Shown: piece by piece, positions 45,968 to 56,152 of the stretch
How the letters are laid out: each line of letters begins with the position of its first letter
How positions within the stretch are numbered: position 1 is the stretch's first letter
Assembly: GCA_949287655.1 (NCBI GenBank)
Contig: CASEHD010000003.1
Location: forward strand, 6,897-70,896
From: an uncultured Christensenella sp.
Lineage (GTDB): Bacteria; Bacillota; Clostridia; Christensenellales; UBA3700
DNA length: 64,000 nt
Direction: 5' to 3'
The notes under the pieces: generated by a model
The model's input: only the letters and a program-made list of their open reading frames with translations
What the model was told of the DNA's origin: nothing
The model's database searches: none
Translations under genes and position numbers: made by a program

Positions 45968-46746
45968 TTACCGGTCCTCAGTTCTTCGCTGCGCTTTCTG
46001 CATGCCGTCATAGCGTCGATGACGATCTTATCCATCTGATTGTTCTCGAAAACGTTGACCGCTTCGATGGTCGTGCCGCCCTTTGAGCATACGTTTGAGA
46101 TAAGCAGTCCGAGCGGAACGTCGGGGTTCGCTTTTATCATCTCGCATGCGCCGATTATCGTGTCTATCGTGAGTTTTTTCGACGTTTCCTTGTCAAGTCC
46201 GTTTATTACGCCGCCCTCGATCATAGCCTTGGCGAAATAATACGCGTACGCGGGACCGCTTCCGCTGACGCAGGTAACCGCGTCGAATTTATCTTCCGGT
46301 ATAAAGTAAGCTTTGCCTACACTGTCGAAGATCGCCTTGCAAAAATCGTTGTGCTTTTTGTCGAGATCGTTGACCGCGATAGCCGCCGCGCCTTTGCCGA
46401 TCTGCGCCGGAGTATTGGGCATAACGCGGATGACCTTGCCTTGCATATTAAGTTTTTTGCCGATACATTCGCTGTCTATGCCCGCCATTATGCTGATAAC
46501 GCAATCTGCGCTGCAGCTGAAGTCTATGCTTTTGAATACCTGCGGTTTGACCGAAAGCAACAGATATTCACAGTTATTCGCGACGAATTCGTTGTCGTTT
46601 ACGCAGAAAATGCCGCCGGCGTCTTTGCAAAGGGGATCAGATGCCGCTATTTGCGATTTGTCCAGGATCCCGCTTTTAAGGATACCGCCGATGATTGCTT
46701 TTGCCATATTTCCGCAGCCGATAAAGCCGAGTTTGAATTTTTTCAT
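45964..46746 (-). CDS. proC: pyrroline-5-carboxylate reductase
   Basis: 'IGCGNMAKAI' Rossmann motif, 'GSGPAYAYYF', 'SKGGTT'. Confidence 0.9.
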   Translation of the reverse strand: MKKFKLGFIGCGNMAKAIIGGILKSGILDKSQIAASDPLCKDAGGIFCVNDNEFVANNCEYLLLSVKPQVFKSIDFSCSADCVISIMAGIDSECIGKKLNMQGKVIRVMPNTPAQIGKGAAAIAVNDLDKKHNDFCKAIFDSVGKAYFIPEDKFDAVTCVSGSGPAYAYYFAKAMIEGGVINGLDKETSKKLTIDTIIGACEMIKANPDVPLGLLISNVCSKGGTTIEAVNVFENNQMDKIVIDAMTACRKRSEELRTGK

Positions 46747-46845
46747 AAGTTCACCTCACGTAATTGTTATTTTACCATAAAGCCTAACAAACGGCAACAA
46801 ATAGCAAAACAAAAAACGCTGTTTCAGCCGATTTTCAAGGTAATT

Positions 46846-46877
46846 TAATAAGAAACCGCCGCCCTTTCGGACGACGG
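46846..46877 (-). terminator. rho-independent terminator after the anti-sigma gene
   Basis: Minus strand: 'ccgtcgtcc gaaa gggcggcgg' (two G-U pairs) followed by 'tttcttatt'. Confidence 0.65.
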
Positions 46878-46914
46878 ATATCCTGAGTAGTACGGTGAAA
46901 CAATTAATATTTTA

Positions 46915-49128
46915 TTAACCTTTTCTTTCCGGGACAATTTCAAGCCCGTCGTTATATCTTTTAAGACTGCAGATATATTTTTCTCCGTTTACGTTTATGC
47001 CGATGTCTTTTTCTAGAACGCAGTTTCTGGTGTCGATATCGATGGTTCTCGGTCCGTAAAGATATTCGTAGCCTTTCTCATCGCTGTAACTCATGATCGC
47101 GTAAGACGGCACGTATCCGCGTCCGTATCCCGCATTGTTCAGAGTAAGCCACGCTTCAATCAGCGATGTAAGATCCGTCTTATAATCAACTTTTATCCTT
47201 TGATCTGAAGTCGGGTCGATTTCGGTTTTGCTCAATATCGTGTAGTCGTCATTGTCTTCACGGTTCATTAATGTCGTACAGAGATAATACTCTTTATCTG
47301 AGGCAGGATCGGATATGCTCACGTCTGTCGAGAACGCAATTTGCAATATTTCGCCGTCCATCACACTGTCATCTTTGATCCCGTACGTGAACGTGAGCTT
47401 GCCTTTCATCTCTTTCGGATATTCGTATTGGTCGATACGCACGGCATTAGCGTTGATAAATTCTTCAATTTTTCCGAGTTCTTCCGCGTCGACCTTTTCT
47501 GCGTAGTATTTCTTGCCGAATCCGACCACAAAGTCGTTGAACGAATTGCCGAACTCCGCTCCGCTCTTGAGCGATAAGGCGTATTCTACCGCAAGATTAT
47601 TTGCAAATCTTTGCAACTGCCCGGTAATGATTTGCAGCACGCTGTCGTAATCGCTGAAATATTTTTCGTCGTTCGAGATAATTTCGTCGACGTATCTGGT
47701 GACGGACGGATAAAGGGTAAGGTGAGAACAGTCTATAAACACTCCGTCCGACGTGTTCTTTAATCTTTTACATTCGATGCAGGTATAATTGTATCTCAGC
47801 TCCGGTATCGATATAAGAGCATCGCCGAGTCTATTGTGAAAACGTTCTCTGTTTTCCTTAGATATGAGATCTTCGGGATAGTAATTGACGCCGTAACCGC
47901 CCGGTATATATCCGCTCATGTCGTTGTCGCCTTCATAATAAGCATTGTCCCATACGTTTGAGTAATATATCGTCGAATCAGCCGACTTTTTGTAATACGC
48001 CACCGTTCCCGAAGTCAACAATTTGTGGTGCTTGTCAGCTGTTTCGTAGTTGGCTTTCATAAGCGTAACGTCTTGTCCGGACGAATAATCCAGCTGTACG
48101 ATAAGAGTATTTATGCCGTAATCGTACATATCGTTCTTGTCGTATGCATCGTCGTTGCCGTTAATAGGATCGACAAATTCGTTTTCCCGCCTATATGTTA
48201 CGGCATACTTTGTCGTCGAGCAATCCTTTACATTGATAAGCCTTTGTGCATATATCGGATAATATTCGCCTTCTTTTACGCAAAGAAAGTCGCAAACCGT
48301 GCAATCTACGACTTCTCTGCCGAGTTCGTCATAATAATATTCGACTTCTATATACTGTCGCTGGTAAGCGTCTTCGTAAAATATACCTGCTTCTACGTCG
48401 TATGTCTCGCCTCTCGTTTTCCAGCCGAGTCTTCTCATCGTGATTTTTTCCGATTCCTCATCGTACGAAAGATTATACGAGTTTAACATATAGTGACCGC
48501 TTTCGCTTTCCGACATTCCGGGAACCTCGTACGGCAGCTGAAACCACTGGTCGTAACCCGGGATAACGCGAAGAGCCAACGATATCTCGAATTTTAGATC
48601 GTCTATTGTCTGTGTCGATTCCGTAGCCGTTCCGCTTATCGTCGCCATACAGTTGTTGAATTCTTCATAGTCTCCCTTTGAAAAAGACATTATTTCAACG
48701 TCGGCTTTATATACGTTCTTAAATGCCTGATCGTTTGCGCCGTCGCCGAGTTTTGAAGAAAGCGCGCTTGCGTTATTGTCGATCGACGCGAGAAGTTCGG
48801 CGTTGGGCAGATACTGCGCGTTTTCGGCGACGTCTGCTATATGGGTCGCTTCTTCCGGCATTATGGGATTTTTTACCGTGAATTTGCGTTCGATATTTGC
48901 GAGGGGAAGTAAGAAACAGCCTGCGCATACGACGATAATTGCGACAGCCGCGATCGCCGCAGCCCATTTGAACGCAACCCTTCTTACATAAGACTGCTTT
49001 GATACGACCGTTACGTCTTTTTTGCACTTTTTATCAGCTGCCTTTTTCAGCTCTCTTTTTATTTCGGATCTTTTGTCTTCTGCAAGTACGGTTCCCGATA
49101 TGATACGACAATATTTGTTATTCTTCAT
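46915..49128 (-). CDS. putative anti-sigma factor / large extracytoplasmic protein
   Basis: 11-nt overlap with the upstream ECF sigma gene. Short cytoplasmic N-terminus, one TM ('AAIAAVAIIVVCAGCFLL'), ~650-aa external domain with no motif recognised. Role inferred from position only. Confidence 0.5.
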   Translation of the reverse strand: MKNNKYCRIISGTVLAEDKRSEIKRELKKAADKKCKKDVTVVSKQSYVRRVAFKWAAAIAAVAIIVVCAGCFLLPLANIERKFTVKNPIMPEEATHIADVAENAQYLPNAELLASIDNNASALSSKLGDGANDQAFKNVYKADVEIMSFSKGDYEEFNNCMATISGTATESTQTIDDLKFEISLALRVIPGYDQWFQLPYEVPGMSESESGHYMLNSYNLSYDEESEKITMRRLGWKTRGETYDVEAGIFYEDAYQRQYIEVEYYYDELGREVVDCTVCDFLCVKEGEYYPIYAQRLINVKDCSTTKYAVTYRRENEFVDPINGNDDAYDKNDMYDYGINTLIVQLDYSSGQDVTLMKANYETADKHHKLLTSGTVAYYKKSADSTIYYSNVWDNAYYEGDNDMSGYIPGGYGVNYYPEDLISKENRERFHNRLGDALISIPELRYNYTCIECKRLKNTSDGVFIDCSHLTLYPSVTRYVDEIISNDEKYFSDYDSVLQIITGQLQRFANNLAVEYALSLKSGAEFGNSFNDFVVGFGKKYYAEKVDAEELGKIEEFINANAVRIDQYEYPKEMKGKLTFTYGIKDDSVMDGEILQIAFSTDVSISDPASDKEYYLCTTLMNREDNDDYTILSKTEIDPTSDQRIKVDYKTDLTSLIEAWLTLNNAGYGRGYVPSYAIMSYSDEKGYEYLYGPRTIDIDTRNCVLEKDIGINVNGEKYICSLKRYNDGLEIVPERKG

Positions 49129-49597
49129 AGTAGTTCCCTTCCTCTAATAATTCTTTCAGAGACTCTCTTGCTCTGCTGAGCCGTATATTTACTGCATTCT
49201 TCGTTTTGCCTGTCATTTTGCCGATTTCTTTCGCGCTGTAACCTTCGTAATAAAAAAGATATATAATGTTTCTGTCGAGAGGATCCAGTTTCTCGAGTTC
49301 CTCCAGACCGTCCGATAATTCGAAAGATCCGGAGATCAGTCTTTCGTCAAGCGGCAGATTTTTTCTGCGAGCCGATTTAAAATAATCCTTACATTTATTG
49401 ACGGTTACTTTTATCAGCCATCGTTTCGCGTGTTCGGCGCTCTTAAAAGGCAGCTTTTTCAGCATTGCAAGGAAAGTTTCCTGCACAATGTCCTCCGCTT
49501 CCTGCCTGATGCCCGTATATTGCAACGCAAGCCTGAAGACAAGGTCTCCGAACGCCTCAACTATTTCATCGGCCGTCAACGTTTTAACTTCTTCCAT
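49118..49597 (-). CDS. ECF-type RNA polymerase sigma factor
   Basis: Region 2 'AEDIVQETFLAMLKK' and 'AKRWLIKVTVNKCKDYF'. Region 4 'LDPLDRNIIYLFYYEGYSAKEIGKMTGKTKNAVNIRLSRAR'. Confidence 0.85.
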   Translation of the reverse strand: MEEVKTLTADEIVEAFGDLVFRLALQYTGIRQEAEDIVQETFLAMLKKLPFKSAEHAKRWLIKVTVNKCKDYFKSARRKNLPLDERLISGSFELSDGLEELEKLDPLDRNIIYLFYYEGYSAKEIGKMTGKTKNAVNIRLSRARESLKELLEEGNYYEE

Positions 49598-49887
49598 CGA
49601 GATCTCCTTATTAATATAATCGAATCAAAACGTCAAAATCTTTCGATCAAATTTAATTATATTGGAAAAATTTTTCCGGAACAACAAAATACAATGCGAT
49701 CGGAAACCGTAAATTATATATCCATACACAAAACCGTTATAATCTTGTTAAAAAACCGCTCTTGCCGGTAGAATTGACGCAGATTACAGTATTATTGAGC
49801 GCGTACGTACGAGACTTTTACAGAGCTCAGCGACTGAATAGCAAAGTAATGATTTTGTCAGTTTCTTAATCCCGCGTCTTCCCTGCG

Positions 49888-49923
49888 AAAAAAATAAGAC
49901 TGAACAAAAATTCAGTCTTATTT
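49888..49923. terminator. bidirectional terminator next to tRNA-Trp
   Basis: 'taagactgaa caaaaa ttcagtctta' flanked by an A-run and a T-run. Confidence 0.75.
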
Positions 49924-49998
49924 TGGCAGGGGAGACGCGATTCGAACACGCAACCAATGGTTTTGGAGACCACTACTCTACCGTTGAGCCACTCCCCT
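49924..49998 (-). tRNA. tRNA-Trp (anticodon CCA), CCA end encoded
   Basis: Hand-folded cloverleaf: acceptor AGGGGAG/CTCCCCT; anticodon stem GTGGT/ACCAT with loop CTCCAAA; T-loop TTCGAAT; 75 nt. Confidence 0.9.
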
Positions 49999-50210
49999 AA
50001 GTTTTATTAAGTTTTAATTATCCGCTTCTCTTTCTCTCTACGGCGAAATCTATTTTACAATGTAAGCGCCGTCAAAGTCAATCGAAATGTACTTTTTTGA
50101 TTTATTTATTTTAAATATTCTCCAAAATGCTTTTTAATGCCGCAAAAAGGTGGAAAAATCGGCTTGAATACGTTATAATGTTTACAGATTTATTTTTGAG
50201 GAGTCGAAAA

Positions 50211-51647
50211 ATGACCGATACAAGCATTTACAACAATCCGCTCATCACAAGATACGCAAGCCGGGAAATGGCGGCGAATTTCTCTGACGACAAGAAATTC
50301 AGGCTGTGGAGAAAACTCTGGATAGCGCTTGCGGAATCGGAAAAAGAACTGGGGCTCAACATCACCGACGAACAGATAACCGAAATGAAAGAGCATGCAG
50401 AGGATATCAACTACGACGACGCGCGCAAATTCGAAAGCGAAGTAAGACACGACGTTATGGCGCACGTTAAAGCGTACGGAAAGCTCGCGCCCAAAGCGAT
50501 GCCGATAATCCATCTTGGCGCTACTTCGTGTTACGTTACCGACAACGCTGAGGTGATCGTAATTGACAACGCGCTCGATATCGTGCTCGACAAGCTTATA
50601 AATTTTATGGACAAATTGCGCAAATTTGCGCTCAAATACAAAGATCTGCCCACGCTCGGCTTTACTCATCTGCAGCCCGCTCAGCTGACCACTGTCGGTA
50701 AACGCGCTGCGCTGTGGCTCAGCGATCTTCTGCTCGACCTGGAAAACCTTAAACACCTCAAATCCTGCGTCAAACTGCGCGGAGTGAAAGGTACGACAGG
50801 CACGCAGGCGAGCTTCCTCGACCTGTTCAACGGCAACGGTGAAACGGTCAAAGAACTTGAAAAGAAGGTCGTTCAAAAGATGGGATATGAAAAGGCGTAC
50901 GGCGTGACCGGTCAGACATACCCGAGAAAATTCGACTACAACGTACTCTGCGTTTTGTCTCAGATCGCGCAAAGCTGCTACCGCTTCTCTAACGATATCA
51001 GAATACTTCAGAATATGAAGGAGATCGAAGAGCCGTTTGAAAAGACGCAGATCGGATCTTCCGCAATGGCTTACAAGCGCAACCCGATGAGAAGCGAGCG
51101 CGTCGGATCCATCGCGCGCTACGTGATCTCGCTGCCGACAAACTGCGCGATAACCGCGTCTACCCAGTGGTTTGAACGCACTCTCGACGACAGCGCTAAC
51201 AAGCGTATCGTCATTGCTCAGGCTTTTCTTTCAGTCGACGCGATACTCAACCTCTGCATGAACATAAGCGAAAACCTCGTCGTGTACGATAAGGTGATAA
51301 AGAAACATATCGATGCGGAACTGCCCTTTATGGCTACCGAAAACATTATGATGGAATGCGTCAAAGCGGGCGGCAACCGTCAGGAACTGCACGAAAGGAT
51401 AAGGGTCCTGTCAATGGAAGCGTCGAAAAACGTCAAGATGGAAGGTAAAGACAACAATCTGATAGAGCTTATAAAGAACGATAATATGTTCGCGGCGGTC
51501 AAGGACAGACTGGACGGCATACTCGACGCGAAAAACTTTATCGGAAGAGCTCCCGACCAGGTCGTCGAATTTATAGAAAATGAGATCGATCCCGCGATCG
51601 CGGCTTCCGGCGTAGAGCTGGGCAAGAAAGGCGAAGTAAACGTCTGA
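50211..51647 (+). CDS. purB: adenylosuccinate lyase
   Basis: Fumarate-lyase signature 'GSSAMAYKRNP'. Start moved to ATG 50211 (GAGGAG SD), giving the typical N-terminus 'MTDTSIYNNPLITRYAS'. Confidence 0.9.
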   Translation: MTDTSIYNNPLITRYASREMAANFSDDKKFRLWRKLWIALAESEKELGLNITDEQITEMKEHAEDINYDDARKFESEVRHDVMAHVKAYGKLAPKAMPIIHLGATSCYVTDNAEVIVIDNALDIVLDKLINFMDKLRKFALKYKDLPTLGFTHLQPAQLTTVGKRAALWLSDLLLDLENLKHLKSCVKLRGVKGTTGTQASFLDLFNGNGETVKELEKKVVQKMGYEKAYGVTGQTYPRKFDYNVLCVLSQIAQSCYRFSNDIRILQNMKEIEEPFEKTQIGSSAMAYKRNPMRSERVGSIARYVISLPTNCAITASTQWFERTLDDSANKRIVIAQAFLSVDAILNLCMNISENLVVYDKVIKKHIDAELPFMATENIMMECVKAGGNRQELHERIRVLSMEASKNVKMEGKDNNLIELIKNDNMFAAVKDRLDGILDAKNFIGRAPDQVVEFIENEIDPAIAASGVELGKKGEVNV

Positions 51648-51674
51648 GATATTTTTTGATACCGTTTAATGCGA

Positions 51675-51702
51675 AACGGCGGGTTTTGCCCGTCGTTTTT
51701 TT
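51675..51702 (+). terminator. rho-independent terminator after purB
   Basis: 'cggcggg ttttg cccgtcg' followed by T7. Confidence 0.7.
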
Positions 51703-51763
51703 ATTGTAAAACCGACGTTATTTGCTTTTTAGCAATTTTAGTCGCATTTTTTTAACATACTCA

Positions 51764-52918
51764 TTAGTCGTTTTCGGTAAGCCGGTACATCCAGTCCGCA
51801 TATATACCGTAGCCTTTTGTCGGATCGGAAGTGAAAACGTGCGTGACTGCGCCGACGAGTTTGCCGTTCTGGATTATCGGGCTTCCGCTCATACCCTGGA
51901 CTATACCTCCGGTCAATTCTATCAGCTTTTTATCCGTTATCCTTATCACCATCGACTTGTCGGCGGGCGAAGACTGATCGTTCACTTTTATTATCTCGAT
52001 GTCGTAATATTGCGGTTCTACGCCCTGAACGGTGCTGTATATCTGAGCTTTTCCCGGTCTTACGCTCAGTCTCGAAGCGATCTTTACTGTTTTCAGACTT
52101 TCGCTGCTTCCCGAATATAAGCCGTAATTGCCGAATCTGCAATTCGTTTCAATAGTTCCTACAGGCGACGATTTTGAGCTGAAAGCGCCGTTCAGTTCTC
52201 CCGCTTTTCCGATCTTGCCTTTTACGCTGCCGGAGATATAAGCGTTGAATATCCTGCCGCCGTCGATCCTGACGATATTGCCGTCCTCACCCATTATCCC
52301 GTGTCCGAGACATGCGTACTTGTGAGTTTCGGGATTTATAAACGTTGCGGTTCCTATGCCCGCGATGCTGCCTTGCAGAGTAAGACCTATCCTGTAATTG
52401 CCGCTCAAAACGTCTTTGGCGGGGTATACGGTGTATTTGAGAATGTCGCTTCCTCTCATTATGCACAGTTCGGCGGGCTGACCGTTTTTTGCGTTGAGTA
52501 TTTCCGTTACAGCCTTATCGTCGCCGACCGGAACACCGTCTACGGCGACAAGCACGTCGCCCGGTCTGATATCGGTGTTTTCGCACGGAGACACAGCGCC
52601 GTCGGCGGTCACAACGCCCGTTTTGCCCGTCACTATCAATCCTTTGATATCCAGTTCAAGCCCGAGAGGAAAACCTCCTAACAATACTTCGCGATCTTCG
52701 CTTTTTTCGGCTTTTTGCGAATTAACGCCTATAAGCCCGAAAAGTTTTGTTTCAACTTTACCATGCTCTTCGTCCAGAACGTTTATGCTGAAAGGCGAAG
52801 AAGTCTGCGCGACATCGTAACCGTCAAAACATTGTGCGCCTCCGTTGCAGATGCCGAAATAACCTACGGCTGCAACACAGACCGCCAGAAGTAAAATTAC
52901 GCCGAATATTCTCTTCAT
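51764..52918 (-). CDS. spoIVB: SpoIVB peptidase (S55)
   Basis: PDZ segment, 'CLGHGI' (His), 'GMSGSPIIQNGKLVGAVTHV' (Ser). Sits after recN as in Bacillus. Confidence 0.9.
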   Translation of the reverse strand: MKRIFGVILLLAVCVAAVGYFGICNGGAQCFDGYDVAQTSSPFSINVLDEEHGKVETKLFGLIGVNSQKAEKSEDREVLLGGFPLGLELDIKGLIVTGKTGVVTADGAVSPCENTDIRPGDVLVAVDGVPVGDDKAVTEILNAKNGQPAELCIMRGSDILKYTVYPAKDVLSGNYRIGLTLQGSIAGIGTATFINPETHKYACLGHGIMGEDGNIVRIDGGRIFNAYISGSVKGKIGKAGELNGAFSSKSSPVGTIETNCRFGNYGLYSGSSESLKTVKIASRLSVRPGKAQIYSTVQGVEPQYYDIEIIKVNDQSSPADKSMVIRITDKKLIELTGGIVQGMSGSPIIQNGKLVGAVTHVFTSDPTKGYGIYADWMYRLTEND

Positions 52919-52974
52919 GTTAAAACTCCTTACGGGTGTTAGTTTGAGATTAAGCGGCGTAAATTATGTAAAAG

Positions 52975-53003
52975 TATAAAAAAACGACGGATTTGCCGTC
53001 GTA
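52975..53003 (-). terminator. rho-independent terminator after recN
   Basis: Minus strand: 'acgacggc aaat ccgtcgt' followed by T7+. Confidence 0.75.
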
Positions 53004-53025
53004 ATTATGCCGATTGCTTTAAAAA

Positions 53026-54711
53026 TCAACGTAATTTATAATTATTGGCGTATTCTTTCATCTCTTTAGCGTGAGGTAAAGCGTGCATGCCGTATTCGCT
53101 GCCGCCCAGAAGTCTCGCGATCTCCTTAAGAGTTTCTTCTTCGTCGAGAAGGTCGACGTGAGTGAAAGTCTTTCCGTTTTCCGTCGTCTTGACAATGAGA
53201 TAATGAGCGTCCGCCATACTTGCCAGCTGTGGCAGATGGGTCACCGCAAGCACTTGTTTATCCGTAGAAATGTTGTAAAGCTTTTCCGCTACGACCTGCG
53301 CTATCCTGCCGCTTATACCCGTGTCTATCTCGTCAAAGACCATCGTCTGAATACCGTCTACGTCCGATATAATGTTCTTTACCGCAAGCATAAAGCGCGA
53401 AAGTTCGCCGCCCGATATGACTTTGCTGAGCGCTTTCGGCGGCTGCCCTGCGTTTGCCGAGAACATGAACAGTACGTTGTCCGCGCCGCTCTCGTTCACG
53501 CCTTCGATATCGAAAGTAATATCCGCATAGAAAGTCGCACTGTTCATCCCCAGTTCTTTTAGCTGCGCGCAGATGTTGACTGCGAGTTTTTTCGAATATT
53601 CTTCGCGGATACCGTGTATTTCTTTACTGTTTTTAAGCAATTTGCTCTGTGCGATCTCCAGCGCGGAATTGAGCTTTTCGATATTGTACTCCGCGTCGTC
53701 GTAAAAATTAAGCTCTTCCCTTATTTTATCTGCGTAAGCAAGTATATCCGCGACTGTTGCGCCGTATTTACGCTTTAATGTACGCACGAGCGCGAGCCTC
53801 TCTTCGACCCTTTCGGCTTCGTACGGATTGTATTCGCTCTCTTCGAGCAGACTTTCCAGCGTCTCCGCGATATCTTTTATCTCTATCTTTGCGCCGTCAA
53901 GTCTTTCGATAAGCTCTGTATAACGCGGGTCGTATTCTTCTACGGACGAAAGCTCAGACTTAGCGCCGGATACTGTCGTCACCGCGCCGCCTTCGTCGCC
54001 GTTCAGATAATTTTGAGCCGCTGCGAGCGCGTCGGATATCGCGCGGGAATTGTTGAATTTCTTGCGCTTTGCTAAAAGTTCCTCTTCTTCTCCGTCTTTA
54101 AGATCCGCCTTTTCTATCTCGTCAAGTTCAAATCTTAGTATATCGGTCTTCTTTGCGACGTCGGACATCGAGCCGTATTTTGCGAGTTCTTTTTTTATCG
54201 CGTTCACTTCATCCCAAAGTTGCTTTTGAGTTTCGAGAGGCTTATTCAGCGCGATTTTTGCGTATTTGTCGAGAATAAATATATGGTTTTCGTCGTTTAA
54301 AAGCCCGGTAGCTTCATGCTGACCATAGATGTCCGTAAGCGCGATCGCTACTTCTTTCAGCATCGCCAGGGTGACTTTTTCGCCGTTTATCCTGCACGTA
54401 TTTTTGCCGGCGTCCGTCATAATGCGCGTCAGTACAAGCTCGTCGCCGTCACATTCGATATCCATTTCCGCAAGGATATCTCTGACCTTCGGGCTGTCCG
54501 AGATATCGAAAAACGCGCTGACCTTCGCCGTTTCCTTTCCGTAAGATATCAGCGATTTGTCCGCACGCGTACCGAGGACGAAGTTAAGGCTGTCTATTAT
54601 AATGGATTTACCCGCGCCAGTTTCGCCCGATAGAATATTCAGCCCTTTAAAAAAGCTTATTTCCAGCTTTTCGATCAGGGCTATATTGTCGATCTGTAAA
54701 GTTTCCAGCAT
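53026..54711 (-). CDS. recN: DNA repair protein RecN
   Basis: Walker A 'GETGAGKS', long coiled coil, 'GGELSR', Walker B 'MVFDEIDTGISG'. Confidence 0.95.
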   Translation of the reverse strand: MLETLQIDNIALIEKLEISFFKGLNILSGETGAGKSIIIDSLNFVLGTRADKSLISYGKETAKVSAFFDISDSPKVRDILAEMDIECDGDELVLTRIMTDAGKNTCRINGEKVTLAMLKEVAIALTDIYGQHEATGLLNDENHIFILDKYAKIALNKPLETQKQLWDEVNAIKKELAKYGSMSDVAKKTDILRFELDEIEKADLKDGEEEELLAKRKKFNNSRAISDALAAAQNYLNGDEGGAVTTVSGAKSELSSVEEYDPRYTELIERLDGAKIEIKDIAETLESLLEESEYNPYEAERVEERLALVRTLKRKYGATVADILAYADKIREELNFYDDAEYNIEKLNSALEIAQSKLLKNSKEIHGIREEYSKKLAVNICAQLKELGMNSATFYADITFDIEGVNESGADNVLFMFSANAGQPPKALSKVISGGELSRFMLAVKNIISDVDGIQTMVFDEIDTGISGRIAQVVAEKLYNISTDKQVLAVTHLPQLASMADAHYLIVKTTENGKTFTHVDLLDEEETLKEIARLLGGSEYGMHALPHAKEMKEYANNYKLR

Positions 54712-54717
54712 AGGAAA

Positions 54718-55173
54718 TTACCACAAATAAGATTTCAGAAGATCTACCGTTTCTTTTACGTCCGCGTCCTGCGCGACGACCGCGAAGATAGTGTCGTCGC
54801 CCGCGAGAGTGCCTATTATCTGCGAGAGATTGAGATGGTCGATAAAAGCGCACGCGCTGTTAGCGCCGCCGGCGACCGTCTTTATCACGACGAGATTGTT
54901 CGCGTACTGGATCGAAAGCACGCATTCTTTGAAGATATTGCCGAATTTGACCGATATCTTATGCGGTGCGGCTTCGGCTTTTACGTACTTGTATTTCTTA
55001 TCCGAGCCCAGGATCTTGATAAGCCCCAGCTCTTTGATGTCGCGAGATACCGTCGCCTGAGTGGCGCAGAAACCGCGCTCGGTAAGAAGTCTTACCAGTT
55101 CGTCCTGAGTTTCGATGTCCTTTTCTGCGATAAGGTCCACGATACATTGCTGTCTTTTTGCTCTTATCATCAC
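54718..55173 (-). CDS. argR: arginine repressor
   Basis: wHTH 'TQATVSRDIKELGL'. C-terminal 'GTLAGDDTIF'. Confidence 0.9.
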   Translation of the reverse strand: MMIRAKRQQCIVDLIAEKDIETQDELVRLLTERGFCATQATVSRDIKELGLIKILGSDKKYKYVKAEAAPHKISVKFGNIFKECVLSIQYANNLVVIKTVAGGANSACAFIDHLNLSQIIGTLAGDDTIFAVVAQDADVKETVDLLKSYLW

Positions 55174-55994
55174 TCACCCCAATATGCCAGTTTCTTTATC
55201 AGTTTGCTGTAAAAACTGCTCTTTTCAAACCTGATGAAAGTAGCGGCATGATCACACTTTTTAATAGTAATTTTTTGCGGATCTTCGACAAAAGAGATTA
55301 TTTTGCCGTCGATCGTAAGTCTCAGATCGTTGCTGTCGCTTGAAAGGTCGACGCGGCAGTTGTCGCTTATGACCATAGGACAGAAATGCAGCGAATGAGG
55401 ACAGATCGCGTTTATTATCAGCGCGTCCAGGTCAGGGCTCAATATGGAACCGTTGCAGGACAGCGAATAACCTGTCGAGCCTGTCGGAGTGCTGACCATT
55501 ACGCCGTCGGCTCGCACTTTGTCCGCTCTTACGCCGTCAATATCGACGGCTATGCTGCATATGTTGGAATTATCGGTCTTTGCAAGTACGACTTCGTTCA
55601 GAGCTATAAAGGCGTTGTCGCCGTTTTCGACGGATATCATCGACCTTTTTTCACAGAAATAGTCGCCTGAAAGCAGTCTGTCGGCGCATTCTTCAAGTCT
55701 GTCGGCGTTCACTTCTGTCAGAAAACCTATATGCCCTAGGTTGACGCCGAGCATCGGAATGTTTTTTACCGCGCAATAAGGCGCGATATTCAGCATTGTG
55801 CCGTCGCCGCCGAACGCGACGAGCACGTCGACGCCGTCGGTAAGCTCTCTCAGTTTTTCGTGAGTGTCGCTTTCCATTTTACGGTCGCTGTAAAATTTAT
55901 AAGATACACCTTTCTGCTGAAGTATCGACAAAAATTTTTTGGCGGTCGCGCTGTCGCTGTCCTTATTCAGATTGGTATAAACGCCGATTTTCAT
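55170..55994 (-). CDS. nadK: NAD kinase
   Basis: 'AFGGDGTML', 'NLGHIGFL', 'STPTGSTGYSLS'. Confidence 0.9.
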   Translation of the reverse strand: MKIGVYTNLNKDSDSATAKKFLSILQQKGVSYKFYSDRKMESDTHEKLRELTDGVDVLVAFGGDGTMLNIAPYCAVKNIPMLGVNLGHIGFLTEVNADRLEECADRLLSGDYFCEKRSMISVENGDNAFIALNEVVLAKTDNSNICSIAVDIDGVRADKVRADGVMVSTPTGSTGYSLSCNGSILSPDLDALIINAICPHSLHFCPMVISDNCRVDLSSDSNDLRLTIDGKIISFVEDPQKITIKKCDHAATFIRFEKSSFYSKLIKKLAYWGE

Positions 55995-56152
55995 AATTTT
56001 ATTATAATACCAAATGAATAAATATTCAATAGAATCTATAAAATATTTAAAATTTAAATAAATTTATACACAATTTTTACCGTTCAAAGCGTTTTTTAAC
56101 TGTCGGTGAATATTTTCGATAAGAATTTGAGTATATCCGCCGTATATGCAAT

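Noticed and set aside
50127-50210. Upstream start for purB given in the ORF track.
   Set aside because: There is no RBS. The GAGGAG SD and the conserved N-terminus support ATG 50211.
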